Shown in pieces: positions 1 through 11,049 of a stretch of 64,000 nucleotides of DNA. How positions within the stretch are numbered: position 1 is the first letter of the stretch; every line of letters begins with the position of its first letter. A program made the position numbers and the translations under genes. Below the pieces are notes generated by a model. That model did no database searches. It was not told the DNA's origin and was given only the letters and a program-made list of their open reading frames with translations. The DNA is taken from NCBI GenBank assembly GCA_963790205.1, contig CAWBNQ010000011.1:96001-160000 (forward strand). The letters are read 5' to 3'. The stretch comes from Nitrospirota bacterium. Lineage in GTDB: Bacteria; Nitrospirota; UBA9217.

Positions 1-30
1 GTGCTGGGACGGAAGAACAGGGACAAATAA
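1..30 (+). CDS. 3' end of a gene entering the window (probably a CbiM/CbiN-type ECF component)
   Basis: Reads VLGRKNRDK* to TAA at 28-30, just before cbiQ; identity from context only. Confidence 0.3.
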   Translation: MLGRKNRDK

Positions 31-37
31 TTTTTTT

Positions 38-928
38 TTGGAGTTGACGGTGTCTCAGGCCAGATTTCTTGATAAGACGTTACTCGCCGTTGCGAATGTC
101 GCGGAACAGTCCTTGTTCTCCGAGGCCTATGCCCTGCGTCGGGGTTTTTTGCAATTGCTGGACGTACGGATCAAGCTTGTTACGTTTTTGTACATCCTGG
201 TGGTCATCAGCTTCCTTCACCGGCCTCAGGCAGTATGGCTCCTGTACGGACTCAGCCTCGTGCTAGCCGTTGTGTCCCGCGTGTCGCTTGTTTTCTTCCT
301 GAAGCGTGTCTGGCTGTTCGTGCCGCTCTTCTCCGCGGCGATCGTACTGCCTGCTCTCCTGAACATCGTCACGCCGGGAGATCCGGTCTGGGTGCTGGTG
401 AAGCTCGGCCGCGCCTGTTCGTGGGGCCCCTACACGGTGCCTTCTGAGATCGCCGTCACCCGCCAGGGGCTCTGGGGAGGGATCGTTTTCGTCTCGCGCG
501 TTGCAGCCTCGGTATCGTTCGCCGTTCTGTTCACGCTTACGACCAAATGGGCCGAGGTCTTTTCGGGCCTGCGCTCGCTTTTCGTTCCGCGCGTGTTTGT
601 CGTGACCCTGGGCATGACCTATCGATATCTCTTCGTCTTTCTGCGTCTGATCCAGGACATGTACCGCGCACGGAAGAGCAGGACCATCCGGCCGCTTTCG
701 CCCGCGGCCGAGCGCAACTGGATCGCGTCCCGTATCGGGGCCACCTTTAAGAAATCCGTGGACATGAGCGAGGACATCTACAAGGCGATGCTCTCCCGCG
801 GGTTTCACGGCGAGTTCCGTTCGACCGACCGCTTTCATGCCGCGGCGGCAGACGCTATCTGGCTCGTGACAGTCTTCTTGTTTGGTGGTATACTCATCCT
901 GGTCGAGAGGGGTTTCCTTCATCTATGA
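38..928 (+). CDS. cbiQ: Cobalt/nickel ECF transporter T component CbiQ
   Basis: Hydrophobic; LDVRIKL, MTYRYLF, ARKSR and AMLSRGF coupling motifs; ATGA overlap with ATPase. Confidence 0.88.
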   Translation: MELTVSQARFLDKTLLAVANVAEQSLFSEAYALRRGFLQLLDVRIKLVTFLYILVVISFLHRPQAVWLLYGLSLVLAVVSRVSLVFFLKRVWLFVPLFSAAIVLPALLNIVTPGDPVWVLVKLGRACSWGPYTVPSEIAVTRQGLWGGIVFVSRVAASVSFAVLFTLTTKWAEVFSGLRSLFVPRVFVVTLGMTYRYLFVFLRLIQDMYRARKSRTIRPLSPAAERNWIASRIGATFKKSVDMSEDIYKAMLSRGFHGEFRSTDRFHAAAADAIWLVTVFLFGGILILVERGFLHL

Positions 929-2031
929 ATGTATTCAGCCTGAAAAATATCTTCTATTCCTATGCCGGGTCTTCGCCGGTCCTGAATAACCTGGACCTCG
1001 ATTTTAAGGCCGGTGAACGCGCGGTCATTCTCGGCGCGAACGGGACGGGCAAGTCGACGCTGCTCGCCATGCTCGACGGGCTCGTGTTCCCGACGGGCGG
1101 GAGTATTCACGCCTTCGGCAAGGTCTTGTCCGAAGACTCGCTCGAAGACCGCGCTTTCTCCATGGATTTCAGAAAACGGGTGGCCTTCGTGTTCCAGAAT
1201 CCCGACGTGCAGCTTTTTTCGGCCACGGTCCGGGACGAGATCGCTTTCGGGCCGCTCCAGCTCGACTATCCGAAGGACCGGATCGAGGAAACTGTCGAAG
1301 GGTTGCTGAGGACGCTCCGCATCGCAGACATCAGGGACCGCGCGCCCCATGCCTTGTCGGACGGCCAGAAAAAGAAGGTCGCCATCGCGTCGAGCCTCGC
1401 GACCGATCCGGACGTGCTCCTGCTCGACGAGCCCACCAATGGTCTCGATCCGAGGACCCAGGTCTGGCTGATCGAGCTGTTGCATGACCTGCATCAGAAG
1501 GGCAAGACCATTATCTCGGCGACCCACGATCTCGCGATCGCCGGCGACATTGCGGAGCGGGCCGTGGTCTTTTCCGAAGACCATACGGTGACCGCCGACG
1601 GGCCGTTTCAGGATATCATCGCGAATGATGAACTCCTGCTCGGGGTAAACCTGATCCACGAGCATGCCCACTACCACGGCGATACGGCCCATGTCCACCG
1701 CCACGGCCACTATGGACATTACCACGCGAACGGAGGCAGCATGCACGACAACCACAAGGGACGTCATTCACACGACCGTGTCCACGGGCACGAGCACGAC
1801 CAAGGCGAAACGGAAACGCTGCGCAAACTGCACCTGGTGCTCGAACACTGGATCGAACACGGTGACAGCCATGCCGAGAGCTACCGGGAGTGGGCCGGGA
1901 AAGCGGGCGAGGCCGGCGAGGACGAGATCGCGAAAGAGATCTACCTCGCGATCAACGACAATGAGGCGGTCAAGAGCCACTTGAAGCGGGCAAAGGCGAT
2001 CCTCGCGGCGAAGCTCGTGCTGAAGAGATAG
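925..2031 (+). CDS. cbiO: ECF ATPase CbiO with His-rich tail and fused C-terminal His-rich helical domain
   Basis: Walker A GANGTGKST, FQNPDVQLF, LSDGQKKK, LLLDEPT; C-terminal LEHWIEHGDSHAESYREWA domain. Confidence 0.85.
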   Translation: MNVFSLKNIFYSYAGSSPVLNNLDLDFKAGERAVILGANGTGKSTLLAMLDGLVFPTGGSIHAFGKVLSEDSLEDRAFSMDFRKRVAFVFQNPDVQLFSATVRDEIAFGPLQLDYPKDRIEETVEGLLRTLRIADIRDRAPHALSDGQKKKVAIASSLATDPDVLLLDEPTNGLDPRTQVWLIELLHDLHQKGKTIISATHDLAIAGDIAERAVVFSEDHTVTADGPFQDIIANDELLLGVNLIHEHAHYHGDTAHVHRHGHYGHYHANGGSMHDNHKGRHSHDRVHGHEHDQGETETLRKLHLVLEHWIEHGDSHAESYREWAGKAGEAGEDEIAKEIYLAINDNEAVKSHLKRAKAILAAKLVLKR

Positions 2032-2143
2032 GAGAGCCGAGGGACGATAAAGTCAAATGCTTTTGCGTCCATCGTCCTCGTGAGCGCAGCGAATAGTCAT
2101 CCCTCGTCCCTCAAAGGCGACGCATGGCGAAGGGGAGTGCAAT

Positions 2144-2734
2144 ATGGAGATGGTAAATGAGAACGATTTGAGAGAGGCTATACAGTTCCACGGTCACCTC
2201 TGCCCGGGCCTCGCGCTGGGATACCGGGTCGCCAAAGCGGCGCTTCGGGAGCTCAAGGCCGACCGGCCGCGTGATGAAGAGCTTGTTGCGATCGTGGAAA
2301 ACGATTCCTGCGCCGCCGACGCTGTCCAGTTCGTTACCGGAGCCACGTTCGGCAAAGGAAACCTTATTTTCCGCGATTATGGCAAACACGTCTATACTTT
2401 TTTCAACCGCAGGACGGGGCTCGGGGTCCGCATTTCCGAAGATTACCGCGGGTTCGAAGCCGATGGCCGGTTCGCCGAGCTCAGGAAGCGGCAGGAGGCG
2501 GGAGAGGACGTGGCCCGCGAGCTGCACGCCTGCAAAATGGAAAAAGCGGCGGCGATTTTGAAGGCGGATGAAAAAGAAATGTTGACGATCACACCGGTCG
2601 TCGATCTGCCGCCGAGGGAAGCGGCTATCCGGGGGTCCGTACGCTGCGCCGTCTGCGGCGAGAAGTTCATGGAATCCCGCGGCCGCGTAAAGAACGGCGC
2701 AATCGTCTGCATTCCCTGTTTTGAAAGGGAATAA
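2144..2734 (+). CDS. FmdE-family protein with C-terminal zinc finger
   Basis: FHGHLCPGLALG, ENDSCAADAVQ, CAVCGE...CIPC. Confidence 0.85.
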   Translation: MEMVNENDLREAIQFHGHLCPGLALGYRVAKAALRELKADRPRDEELVAIVENDSCAADAVQFVTGATFGKGNLIFRDYGKHVYTFFNRRTGLGVRISEDYRGFEADGRFAELRKRQEAGEDVARELHACKMEKAAAILKADEKEMLTITPVVDLPPREAAIRGSVRCAVCGEKFMESRGRVKNGAIVCIPCFERE

Positions 2735-2840
2735 GTTCTTCACTTTGCTACAATATTCTTGACAATAACTGCCGCTGAAGTTATTATAACCCTGCCTCAC
2801 TGTCCGCACTATGCCTTGTTGCAATAATAAGGAGAAATCG

Positions 2841-3567
2841 ATGATTAAACAGCTTGTTTTTCCGCTGGTTGCCTTATTGTTGGTTGTCGGATGCGTATCA
2901 CAGGCAACGTATAACAGCAAGGCCAAGGAAACGGAATCGCTTGCGGCGCAGAATGACAGCTTGCAAGCGCAAGTGAAGGGCCTTACCGCGGATGTCGCAT
3001 CGCTCAAGAAAGAACAGGAAATGACGCGGATGGAGAAGGAGGCCCTGCAGGCGAAGGTGGACGAGTTGTCGCAGAAGGCGGAGAAGGCCGAGACAGCTTG
3101 AGAAGGCCACCCAGACCTATCAGGACCTGCAGAAGAAGCTTGAGAAGGAAATCCAGGAAGGCCAGGTGCAGATCAAGGAGATGAAGGACCGTCTTACCGT
3201 GACCATGGTGGACCAGATCCTGTTCCCTTCGGGGAGCGCTGAGGTCGGCAAGAAGGGGAAGGCGGTGCTCGACAAGGTGGTCACCATCCTGAAGGACGTG
3301 AAGGACAAGCGGATCGAGGTTGATGGTCATACGGACAATGTGCCGATCGTGAGCTCGCTCAAGAAACGTTTCCCCACGAACTGGGAGCTCTCGACCGCCC
3401 GGGCAACCGAGGTGGTCAGATATCTTCAGGAGACCGGGGCCATCGACCCGCATTTGCTCTCTGCCACGGGCTTTGGGGAGTATATGCCGGTCGCCCCGAA
3501 TGATACGGAAGAGGGAAAACACAAGAACCGCAGGATTGAGATCGTGCTGCTGCCGCTCCTGAAATAG
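2841..3567 (+). CDS. OmpA/MotB-family peptidoglycan-binding lipoprotein (one frameshift near 3093)
   Basis: Lipobox LVVGC and coiled coil; removing the A at 3093 joins it to the domain with ILFPSGSA, DGHTDN, NWELSTARA, NRRIEI. Confidence 0.8.
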
Positions 3568-3570
3568 GAT

Positions 3571-4210
3571 ATGTTCACCGGGATCATAGAAGAAATGGGG
3601 AGCGTGAAGGCGCTCAGGCATGAGGCGGGCGCGGCGCGTCTTGCCGTTTCCGCCTCCACGGTGCTCGGAGGCACGGCGCTCGGAGACAGCATTTGCGTGA
3701 ACGGTGTCTGTCTCACCGTCGTCGAGCTGGATAAAAGCGGGTTTTCGGCCGACGTTGCGGTCGAGACCCTGAAGGTCACGAATCTCGGAGAATTGAAAAA
3801 CGGCGCGAAGGTGAACCTGGAACGGGCGCTGCAGCTTTCCGCCCGGATCGGCGGCCACCTCGTAAGCGGCCATGTGGATGCCGTGGGACGCATCCGCGAA
3901 AAGCGTGAAGAGGGAAACGGCTGGCGGATATTCATCGATGCGCCGGATACGGTGCTCACGGTATGTGATCAAGAAAGGCTCCATCGCCATAGACGGCATC
4001 AGCCTGACCGTCGCCGACGTGGACAAAAAGGGGTTTTCCATCGCCATGATACCCCACACGGCAAAACTGACGACGCTCGGTTTCAAATCCGCGGGAGACA
4101 GCGTAAACCTGGAAGCGGACCTAATCGGCAAGTATGTCGAACGGCTTCTTGCCGGGCGCGTTGAAGGCGGCGTGAGCCTGGAACTGCTGAGGAAGAGTGG
4201 ATTTGCATAA
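3571..4210 (+). CDS. ribE: Riboflavin synthase (frameshift at ~3958, likely sequencing error)
   Basis: [29 protein letters not shown]; removing A3958 continues into [18 protein letters not shown]...VNLEAD. Confidence 0.92.
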
Positions 4211-4274
4211 GATAGATGCATGATGCAGAACATGCAGGTATTGCGTGACATTTGCATGATGAAAGGGTGATGTT

Positions 4275-5480
4275 ATGAAGTTCAATACGATCGAAGAGGC
4301 CATCGAAGAAATCCGAAAGGGAAAGATGGTCATTCTCGTCGATGACGAGGACCGGGAGAACGAGGGCGACCTCACCATGGCGGCGGAGGCGGTGACGCCC
4401 GAGGCCATCAATTTCATGGCCAAGCACGGACGCGGGCTTATCTGTCTTTCCCTCACGCCCGAGCGCGTGGACCACCTGCAGCTTCCCATGATGACCACGG
4501 ACAACACCTCGTCCTTCGGCACGGCGTTCACCATCTCCATCGAGGCGAAAAAGGGCGTGACCACGGGCATTTCAGCCGCAGACCGGGCCATGACGATCAA
4601 GACCGCCATCAACCCGAAGTCCGGACCTGAAGACCTGGCGCGGCCGGGGCATGTGTTTCCGCTCCGCGCACGGACAGGCGGCGTGCTTCAGCGGGCCGGC
4701 CAGACCGAGGGCTCGGTCGATCTTGCGCGGCTTGCGGGGCTCTACCCCGCAGGCGTGATCTGCGAGATCATGAACGACGACGGCACGATGTCGCGCGTGC
4801 CGCAGCTCATGGAATTCGCCAAAAAATTCGGGCTCAAGATCATCACGGTCAAGGACCTGATCGCCTACCGGGTGACGAAGGAGTCGCTCGTGCGCAGGGT
4901 GGCGGTCACGAAACTGCCGACCAGCTACGGGAGCGATTTTACGGCCATTCTCTACGCCAACGATATTGACCGCATGAACCACATCGCCCTGGTCAAGGGC
5001 GACATCAAGCCCGATGACGAGGTCCTCGTACGGGTCCATTCGGAATGTCTTACCGGCGACGTGTTCGGTTCGCTCCGCTGCGACTGCGGCGAGCAGCTCC
5101 ATAACGCCATGAAGATAATCGAAGACGAGGGAAAAGGCGTGATCCTCTATATGCGCCAGGAGGGCCGCGGCATCGGCCTCGAAGGCAAGCTCAAGGCCTA
5201 TGAGCTCCAGGACAAGGGCAAGGACACCGTTGAAGCGAACCTTGCGCTCGGATACAAGGCGGATCTCAGGGATTACGGCGTCGGCGCCCAGATCCTGCGC
5301 GACCTCGGCGTGCGCAAGATCAGGCTCCTTACGAACAATCCGAAGAAGATCGTCGGCCTCGAAGGATACGGACTTGTCGTAGTCGCCCGTATGCCGATCG
5401 AGATGCATCCTCATGCAAAGAACATCCATTATCTCAAGGTCAAGAAGAACAAGCTCGGCCATATGCTGGAAAAGGTCTAA
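4275..5480 (+). CDS. ribBA: Bifunctional DHBP synthase / GTP cyclohydrolase II
   Basis: [46 protein letters not shown]. Confidence 0.97.
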   Translation: MKFNTIEEAIEEIRKGKMVILVDDEDRENEGDLTMAAEAVTPEAINFMAKHGRGLICLSLTPERVDHLQLPMMTTDNTSSFGTAFTISIEAKKGVTTGISAADRAMTIKTAINPKSGPEDLARPGHVFPLRARTGGVLQRAGQTEGSVDLARLAGLYPAGVICEIMNDDGTMSRVPQLMEFAKKFGLKIITVKDLIAYRVTKESLVRRVAVTKLPTSYGSDFTAILYANDIDRMNHIALVKGDIKPDDEVLVRVHSECLTGDVFGSLRCDCGEQLHNAMKIIEDEGKGVILYMRQEGRGIGLEGKLKAYELQDKGKDTVEANLALGYKADLRDYGVGAQILRDLGVRKIRLLTNNPKKIVGLEGYGLVVVARMPIEMHPHAKNIHYLKVKKNKLGHMLEKV

Positions 5481-5533
5481 TAAAGTTTATAGTTCATCGT
5501 TCAGAGTGGAAAATTCAATATTCGGAGGGGACG

Positions 5534-6001
5534 ATGGCGAAAATGATCCAGGGAGATCTGACAGCGAAAGGACTCAAGTTCGGGATCGTTGCCGCACGGT
5601 TTAACGATTTTATCACGAGCCGGCTCCTCGACGGCGCTCTCGATGCTCTCCAGCGGCATGGCGCTGCGGACGGGGACATCGAGGTTGTCAAGGTCCCCGG
5701 GTCATATGAAATCCCGCTTGCCGCGAAGATGCTGGCCCAGTCAAAGAAATATAATGCCGTCATCTGTCTCGGGGCGGTGATCCGCGGCGCCACGCCGCAT
5801 TTCGAGTACGTGAGCGCCGAGGTGAGCAAGGGTGTTGCCGCGGTCTCCATGGAATCCGGCCTGCCGGTCATCTTCGGCGTGCTTACGACCGACACCATCG
5901 AGCAGGCGATCGAGCGAGCCGGCACGAAGAGCGGGAACAAGGGCTGGGACGCGGCCCTCTCCGCCATCGAGATGGCAAACGTCATGCGGCAGATCGCGTA
6001 G
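5534..6001 (+). CDS. ribH: Lumazine synthase
   Basis: [30 protein letters not shown]. Confidence 0.97.
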   Translation: MAKMIQGDLTAKGLKFGIVAARFNDFITSRLLDGALDALQRHGAADGDIEVVKVPGSYEIPLAAKMLAQSKKYNAVICLGAVIRGATPHFEYVSAEVSKGVAAVSMESGLPVIFGVLTTDTIEQAIERAGTKSGNKGWDAALSAIEMANVMRQIA

Positions 6002-6040
6002 CATAAGGATGCCACAAAAGGCCGTCAAGCGGCGATACGT

Positions 6041-6472
6041 ATGAAAAGACGCAAAGCCAGGGAGCATGCTCTTCAGATATTGTTCCAGCTCGACATCAGA
6101 AAAGAGAAGCCTTCGGCTGCTGTTCTGAAGCATTTCTGGGCTGAGTACGATCCGGACGAGGAAGTCAAAGCTTTCTCCGAAGAGATCGTCAAGGGGACCT
6201 ATAAGCACATCGCCAGGATCAACGAGCTGCTCCACCAGTGCGCGAAGAACTGGAGCCTCGACCGGATGGCCGTGGTCGACCGGAACGTGCTCCGGATGGC
6301 GGTGTACGAGATTCTTTACCGCATCGATATCCCCACCAGTGTTACGATCAACGAGGCCATAGAAATAGCAAAGAAGTACGGTACAGACGAATCAGGGTCT
6401 TTCGTGAACGGCATCCTTGACCGTGCGGCGAGGCTGACCGGGAAACTCGACGAAGCAAAAATAGAAGAGTAA
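6041..6472 (+). CDS. nusB: Transcription antitermination factor NusB
   Basis: RRKARE, NWSLDRMAVVDR, INEAIEIAKKY, FVNGILD; follows ribH. Confidence 0.96.
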   Translation: MKRRKAREHALQILFQLDIRKEKPSAAVLKHFWAEYDPDEEVKAFSEEIVKGTYKHIARINELLHQCAKNWSLDRMAVVDRNVLRMAVYEILYRIDIPTSVTINEAIEIAKKYGTDESGSFVNGILDRAARLTGKLDEAKIEE

Positions 6473-6483
6473 AGGTTGGGGAA

Positions 6484-6981
6484 ATGCCCGGTTTAACGCT
6501 GACGGTAATCCTGCAAGACATAAAAAAACTCGAAACAGAGGCCCTGATCGTCGGTTTTTATGAAGACGTCCGGCCGCTCAAAGGCCTTGCAGGAGAACTC
6601 GACTGGCTGCTCTGCGGGTCCCTTTCCAGTCTGATCATCAAAAACAAACTGCGCGGCTCGCTCGGGGATGTTGCGCTGCTGACGTCCAGGGCAAAGGTGC
6701 CGGCGAAAAAGATATTCATGGTCGGCCTCGGCCCGAAGGAAGGACTCTCTCCGTCATCGCTGCGCAGCGCCGTCAGGGACGCCGTCTCCAGCGCGCTTGA
6801 TGCCGGCGTGAAAAACACTGCTATCGAATATTTTCAGCCGTTAAACCTGTCCTCCCAGGAAGAAGTATCTGCCTTCCAGGCGGGACTGTCCGAGGGCGCC
6901 CGCGGGCGCAGCGTCGACATTGCCCTTCTTGCGCCGGACGCTTCCGCCTATGAAAAGATTTCGAGATTGGTGAAGGGATGA
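6484..6981 (+). CDS. Stand-alone protein resembling the M17 leucyl aminopeptidase N-terminal domain
   Basis: EDVRPLKGLAGELDWLLCGSLS, GSLGDVALL, IFMVGLG; no catalytic domain. Confidence 0.6.
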   Translation: MPGLTLTVILQDIKKLETEALIVGFYEDVRPLKGLAGELDWLLCGSLSSLIIKNKLRGSLGDVALLTSRAKVPAKKIFMVGLGPKEGLSPSSLRSAVRDAVSSALDAGVKNTAIEYFQPLNLSSQEEVSAFQAGLSEGARGRSVDIALLAPDASAYEKISRLVKG

Positions 6982-7099
6982 TCGCAGTCTGTAGAGCAGG
7001 CACCCCGCGGGTATGCCGGTGTCCAATGCAAAAAGGCGGCACCAGGAAGCGGGAATTTATTAATCGCAGTATGGATTCCTACCAGGAGAACGTACATAA

Positions 7100-8404
7100 A
7101 TGATCCCTCGCTACAGCAGGCCGGAAATGGCCGGCCTCTGGGAACCGGAACATAGATACCGCGCATGGCTCGAAGTGGAACTCCTCGCCTGCGAGGCGAA
7201 CGCCAGACTCGGGCTGATACCGGCAAAGGCGCTCGCGAACATCAGGAAAAAGGCGGACTTCAGCGTCAAGCGGATCGACGCCCTCGAGAAAATCGTAAAG
7301 CACGATGTCATAGCGTTTCTCACGGCCGTGGGTGAACAGGTGGGGCCCGATTCCCGCTACATCCATCTGGGCCTTACCTCGTCCGATGTTCTTGATACAT
7401 CCCTTGCCGCTCTGATGCGGAAAGCCTCTGACCTTATCATCGGCGATATCAACACTCTTCTCAAAACCCTCAGGAAAAAAGCGCTGCAGCATAAAAATAC
7501 GGTCATGATCGGCCGCTCGCACGGAGTGCACGCCGAACCGGTCACCTTCGGTCTGAAGATGGCGCTCTGGTACGAGGAGATGGGGCGCGCGCTCGAACGC
7601 ATGCTGCGGGCGCGGGACGTGATCAGCGTGGGCAAGGTCTCCGGCGCGGTGGGTACCTTCGCGAACATCGATCCCTCCGTGGAAACCCATGTCTGCCGCA
7701 AGCTCGGGCTCAAGCCGGAGCCGGTCGCGACCCAGGTGGTGCAACGCGACCGGCATGCCGAATTTCTCTCAACGCTCGCGCTGATCGCATCGTCGATCGA
7801 AAAATTCTCCATCGAGCTCCGCCATCTTCAGCGGACCGAGGTGCTCGAAGCGGAAGAGTATTTTTCCGAGGGACAGAAGGGCTCGTCGGCCATGCCGCAC
7901 AAGCGCAACCCCATATCGGCCGAGAACCTCTCCGGCCTTGCCCGCGTTGTGCGGGCCAACGCGGTGGCGGCCATGGAGAACGTGGCATTATGGCACGAGC
8001 GGGACATCAGCCACTCGTCGGTCGAGCGTATCATCATTCCCGACAGCACGATCCTTATCGACTACATGCTCGCACGGTTCAACAACCTCGTGGACCGTCT
8101 CTTCGTGTACCCGAAAAACATGCAGCGCAACATGGAAATCTCGAAGGGACTGTTCCATTCCGAGACCGTGATGCTCGCGCTCGTCGAAAAGGGGATCGCG
8201 CGCGAGACCGCTTATTCCTACGTTCAACGGAACGCCATGAAAGTCTGGAAGAGCGGTGACGATTTCAAGCAGCTTCTGAAAAATGATCCTGACATCCGTA
8301 AATACCTGGACAAAAAAGAGATTGACGACTGCTTCGATATTTCACATACACTGAAGAAGGTGGATTACATTTTCAAGAGGGTGTTTGAGAAAAAGAACAA
8401 ATAA
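7100..8404 (+). CDS. purB: Adenylosuccinate lyase
   Basis: MIPRY, HDVIAF, GLTSSD, GRSHGVHAEP, GSSAMPHKRNP. Confidence 0.97.
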   Translation: MIPRYSRPEMAGLWEPEHRYRAWLEVELLACEANARLGLIPAKALANIRKKADFSVKRIDALEKIVKHDVIAFLTAVGEQVGPDSRYIHLGLTSSDVLDTSLAALMRKASDLIIGDINTLLKTLRKKALQHKNTVMIGRSHGVHAEPVTFGLKMALWYEEMGRALERMLRARDVISVGKVSGAVGTFANIDPSVETHVCRKLGLKPEPVATQVVQRDRHAEFLSTLALIASSIEKFSIELRHLQRTEVLEAEEYFSEGQKGSSAMPHKRNPISAENLSGLARVVRANAVAAMENVALWHERDISHSSVERIIIPDSTILIDYMLARFNNLVDRLFVYPKNMQRNMEISKGLFHSETVMLALVEKGIARETAYSYVQRNAMKVWKSGDDFKQLLKNDPDIRKYLDKKEIDDCFDISHTLKKVDYIFKRVFEKKNK

Positions 8405-8495
8405 CTGGCCACGAGGCACAAAGTCGCGAAAAAGGACTTGGAGCTTCTTTTCTTAGTGCCGTAGCGTCCTCGTGGCAAAAGGAAGTGTATCGGGT

Positions 8496-9893
8496 ATGTT
8501 CGACAAGTTTCATGAAGAGTGCGGCGTATTTGGGATATTCGGCCATCCGGACGCGGCGAATCTCACGTATCTGGGGCTCTACGCGCTTCAGCATCGCGGA
8601 CAGGAGTCGGCCGGCATCGTATCGTCCGACGGCAAACAGCTTTACAACGTGAAGTCCATGGGCCTGGTCGCGGACATCTTCGATGAAGAACAGATAAAAA
8701 AACTTCCCGGCCATATGGCCATCGGACACAACCGGTATTCGACCACGGGCGACAGTATCGCGATCAATATCCAGCCTATCCTCGTGAACTTCGCGCTCGG
8801 CGGCCTCGCCGTCGCCCATAACGGCAACCTGGTCAACGCCGGCATCCTCAAGGACGAGCTCGAGGCCTACGGTTCCATCTTCCAGTCGACGATGGACAGC
8901 GAGGTGATCGTCCATCTTATCGCCCAGTCCCGCATGGCCACGCTTCACGAGCGGATCGTGGACGCCCTGAGTCATGTCCAGGGGTCGTACAGCCTGCTCC
9001 TCATTACCGAGGATGAGCTTATTGCGGTGCGCGACCCGAACGGGTTCCGGCCGCTTTCACTCGCGGAGCTGGACGGGGCCTATGTGGCGGCGTCCGAGAC
9101 CTGCGCCTTCGACCTGATCGAGGCGACCTATATCCGCGAGGTCGCGCCCGGAGAAATGGTGGTGATCAACAGCAAGGGTATCACCTCCACGTTTCCCTTC
9201 AAGCGCGCGGAACCTTCGCATTGCATCTTCGAATTTATCTACTTCGCCCGGCCCGACAGCATGGTCTTCGGTCAGAACGTGTATTCTATCCGCAAGGAGT
9301 TCGGGAGGCAGCTTGCGCGGGAGACCGGGGTGGAGGCCGATGTAGTGGTCCCGGTGCCGGACTCGGGTGTGCCCGCCGCCCTGGGATACGCCGAGGAAGC
9401 CGGGATTCCCTTTGACTTCGGTCTGATCAGAAATCATTATGTCGGCCGCACCTTTATCGAGCCGCGCCAGACCATCAGGCACTTCGGCGTCAAGATCAAG
9501 CTCAACCCGGTCAAGGACGCCCTCAAGGGCAAGCGTGTGGTCGTCGTGGACGATTCCATCGTGCGCGGCACGACGAGCAAAAAGATCATCAAGATGATCA
9601 GGAACGCGGGCGCGTCGGAGATCCACATGCGTATCAGCTCGCCGCCTACCTCCTATCCCTGTTTCTACGGCATCGACACGCCCACGAGACAGGAATTGAT
9701 CGCATCCACGCACAGTGTCGAGGAAATCCGGAAGTATATCACCGCCGACACCCTCGGGTATATCAGCATGGACGGGATCCAGAAAGTAGTGCCGCACCGG
9801 ATGAACTATTGCGCGGCCTGCTTCGACGGCGGGTACCCCGTGCCGTTCCCGGGGGAGAAGATGCTGCAGCTGGGGTTGTTCGATAAAGAATGA
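8496..9893 (+). CDS. purF: Amidophosphoribosyltransferase
   Basis: [42 protein letters not shown]. Confidence 0.97.
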   Translation: MFDKFHEECGVFGIFGHPDAANLTYLGLYALQHRGQESAGIVSSDGKQLYNVKSMGLVADIFDEEQIKKLPGHMAIGHNRYSTTGDSIAINIQPILVNFALGGLAVAHNGNLVNAGILKDELEAYGSIFQSTMDSEVIVHLIAQSRMATLHERIVDALSHVQGSYSLLLITEDELIAVRDPNGFRPLSLAELDGAYVAASETCAFDLIEATYIREVAPGEMVVINSKGITSTFPFKRAEPSHCIFEFIYFARPDSMVFGQNVYSIRKEFGRQLARETGVEADVVVPVPDSGVPAALGYAEEAGIPFDFGLIRNHYVGRTFIEPRQTIRHFGVKIKLNPVKDALKGKRVVVVDDSIVRGTTSKKIIKMIRNAGASEIHMRISSPPTSYPCFYGIDTPTRQELIASTHSVEEIRKYITADTLGYISMDGIQKVVPHRMNYCAACFDGGYPVPFPGEKMLQLGLFDKE

Positions 9894-9917
9894 ACCGATA
9901 CGGAATGATTGAAAAAA

Positions 9918-9993
9918 TGGTGCCGAGGCGCAGAATCGAACTGCGGACACGAGGCTTTTCAGGCCTCTGCTCTACCAACTGAGCTACCTCGGC
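9918..9993 (-). tRNA. tRNA-Phe(GAA)
   Basis: Reverse complement GCCGAGGTAGCTCAGTTGGTAGAGC...CTGAAAA...GTTCGATTC...CTCGGCACCA. Confidence 0.97.
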
Positions 9994-10139
9994 GTAGGGC
10001 GGGCTCAACTCAACAGGACGATAAAATAACAGAGTGGGGGGTTGATTGTCAAGCGATTTTTCTCTTCCGATGGCCATTCGAGCGGTACGCGTATTTTTTT
10101 GATAAAGAGAAGTACGTAACGGCATTTATCAGGTCTTCT

Positions 10140-10148
10140 TGGTATAAT
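10140..10148 (+). promoter_or_regulatory. Extended -10 promoter (TGnTATAAT) for the oxidoreductase genes
   Basis: TGGTATAAT about 37 nt before the ATG at 10185. Confidence 0.5.
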
Positions 10149-10184
10149 AATCTTCATTAAGAACGTTTTTTCTCAAAGCGACCT

Positions 10185-10928
10185 ATGAATAAAATTTTCT
10201 CACGACCTTCCTGCTTAAAAGACAAGGCATTCCGTTATTGTCCCGGGTGCAGCCACGGCGTTCTGCACAGGATCGTTGCGGAGACCATCGATCTCTTCGA
10301 CGTGCGCGACAGGACGATCGGGATCGCGCCGGTCGGATGCGCGGTCTTTGCGTATGACTATTTCGATATCGACATGATCGAGGTGCCCCACGGCAGGCCA
10401 CCGGCGATCGCCACCGGCATGAAACGGTCCAGGCCGCAGTCGGTGGTCTTCAGTTATCAGGGCGACGGCGATCTTGCCGCCATTGGTACGGCAGAGATCG
10501 TCCATGCTGCGGCACGCGGCGAGAACATTACCGTCATATTCGTCAACAACGGGAACTATGGCATGACCGGCGGACAGATGGCGCCTACGACGCTTCCCGG
10601 CCAAAAAACGACGACGACGCCTTTGGGCAGGGACGTGAAAGAAGCGGGCCATCCGATCAGGGTTTGCGAGATGCTCGCCACGCTCGACGGACCTGTCTAT
10701 ATCGAACGGGTCTCGGTTGATAGTCCCAAAAACGTTCTTGCTGCAAAGAAGGCCATTCGAAAGGCGTTTAAAAACCAGATCGACGGCGCCGGGTTCTCGT
10801 TTGTCGAGACCCTTTCCATGTGCCCCACGGACTGGGGAATGACCCCGAGTCAGGCCCTGGATTGGGTCCGAAACAACATGATGAAATACTACCCTCTGGG
10901 AGTCTTTAAAGACGAGAGGCGAGGGTAG
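10185..10928 (+). CDS. 2-oxoacid:ferredoxin oxidoreductase beta (TPP-binding) subunit
   Basis: YCPGCSHG, HGRPPA, YQGDGDLAAIG, NNGNYGMTGGQ, CPTDW. Confidence 0.92.
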   Translation: MNKIFSRPSCLKDKAFRYCPGCSHGVLHRIVAETIDLFDVRDRTIGIAPVGCAVFAYDYFDIDMIEVPHGRPPAIATGMKRSRPQSVVFSYQGDGDLAAIGTAEIVHAAARGENITVIFVNNGNYGMTGGQMAPTTLPGQKTTTTPLGRDVKEAGHPIRVCEMLATLDGPVYIERVSVDSPKNVLAAKKAIRKAFKNQIDGAGFSFVETLSMCPTDWGMTPSQALDWVRNNMMKYYPLGVFKDERRG

Positions 10929-11010
10929 AGGCACGAGAGACGAAGGACGAAGGACGTAAAGATTTTTCGTCCGTCGTCCCAGCGAACGAAGTGAGCGGTC
11001 GTCCATCGTG
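10911..11010. repeat. Heptamer-periodic inverted repeat (GACGAAG units / TCGTCC units)
   Basis: Tandem 7-mers facing their complements; related copy at 2039-2112. Confidence 0.65.
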
Positions 11011-11049
11011 AAGCAGAAGAGCGGTCGCCATCGCGCCGGGAGGTTTAAG

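Noticed and set aside
3085..3965. Split motB-like and ribE genes
   Set aside because: Each is repaired by deleting one A (3093, 3958); no slippery motif or other decay
6982..7099. Purine or ZTP riboswitch before purB
   Set aside because: Conserved aptamer motifs not found
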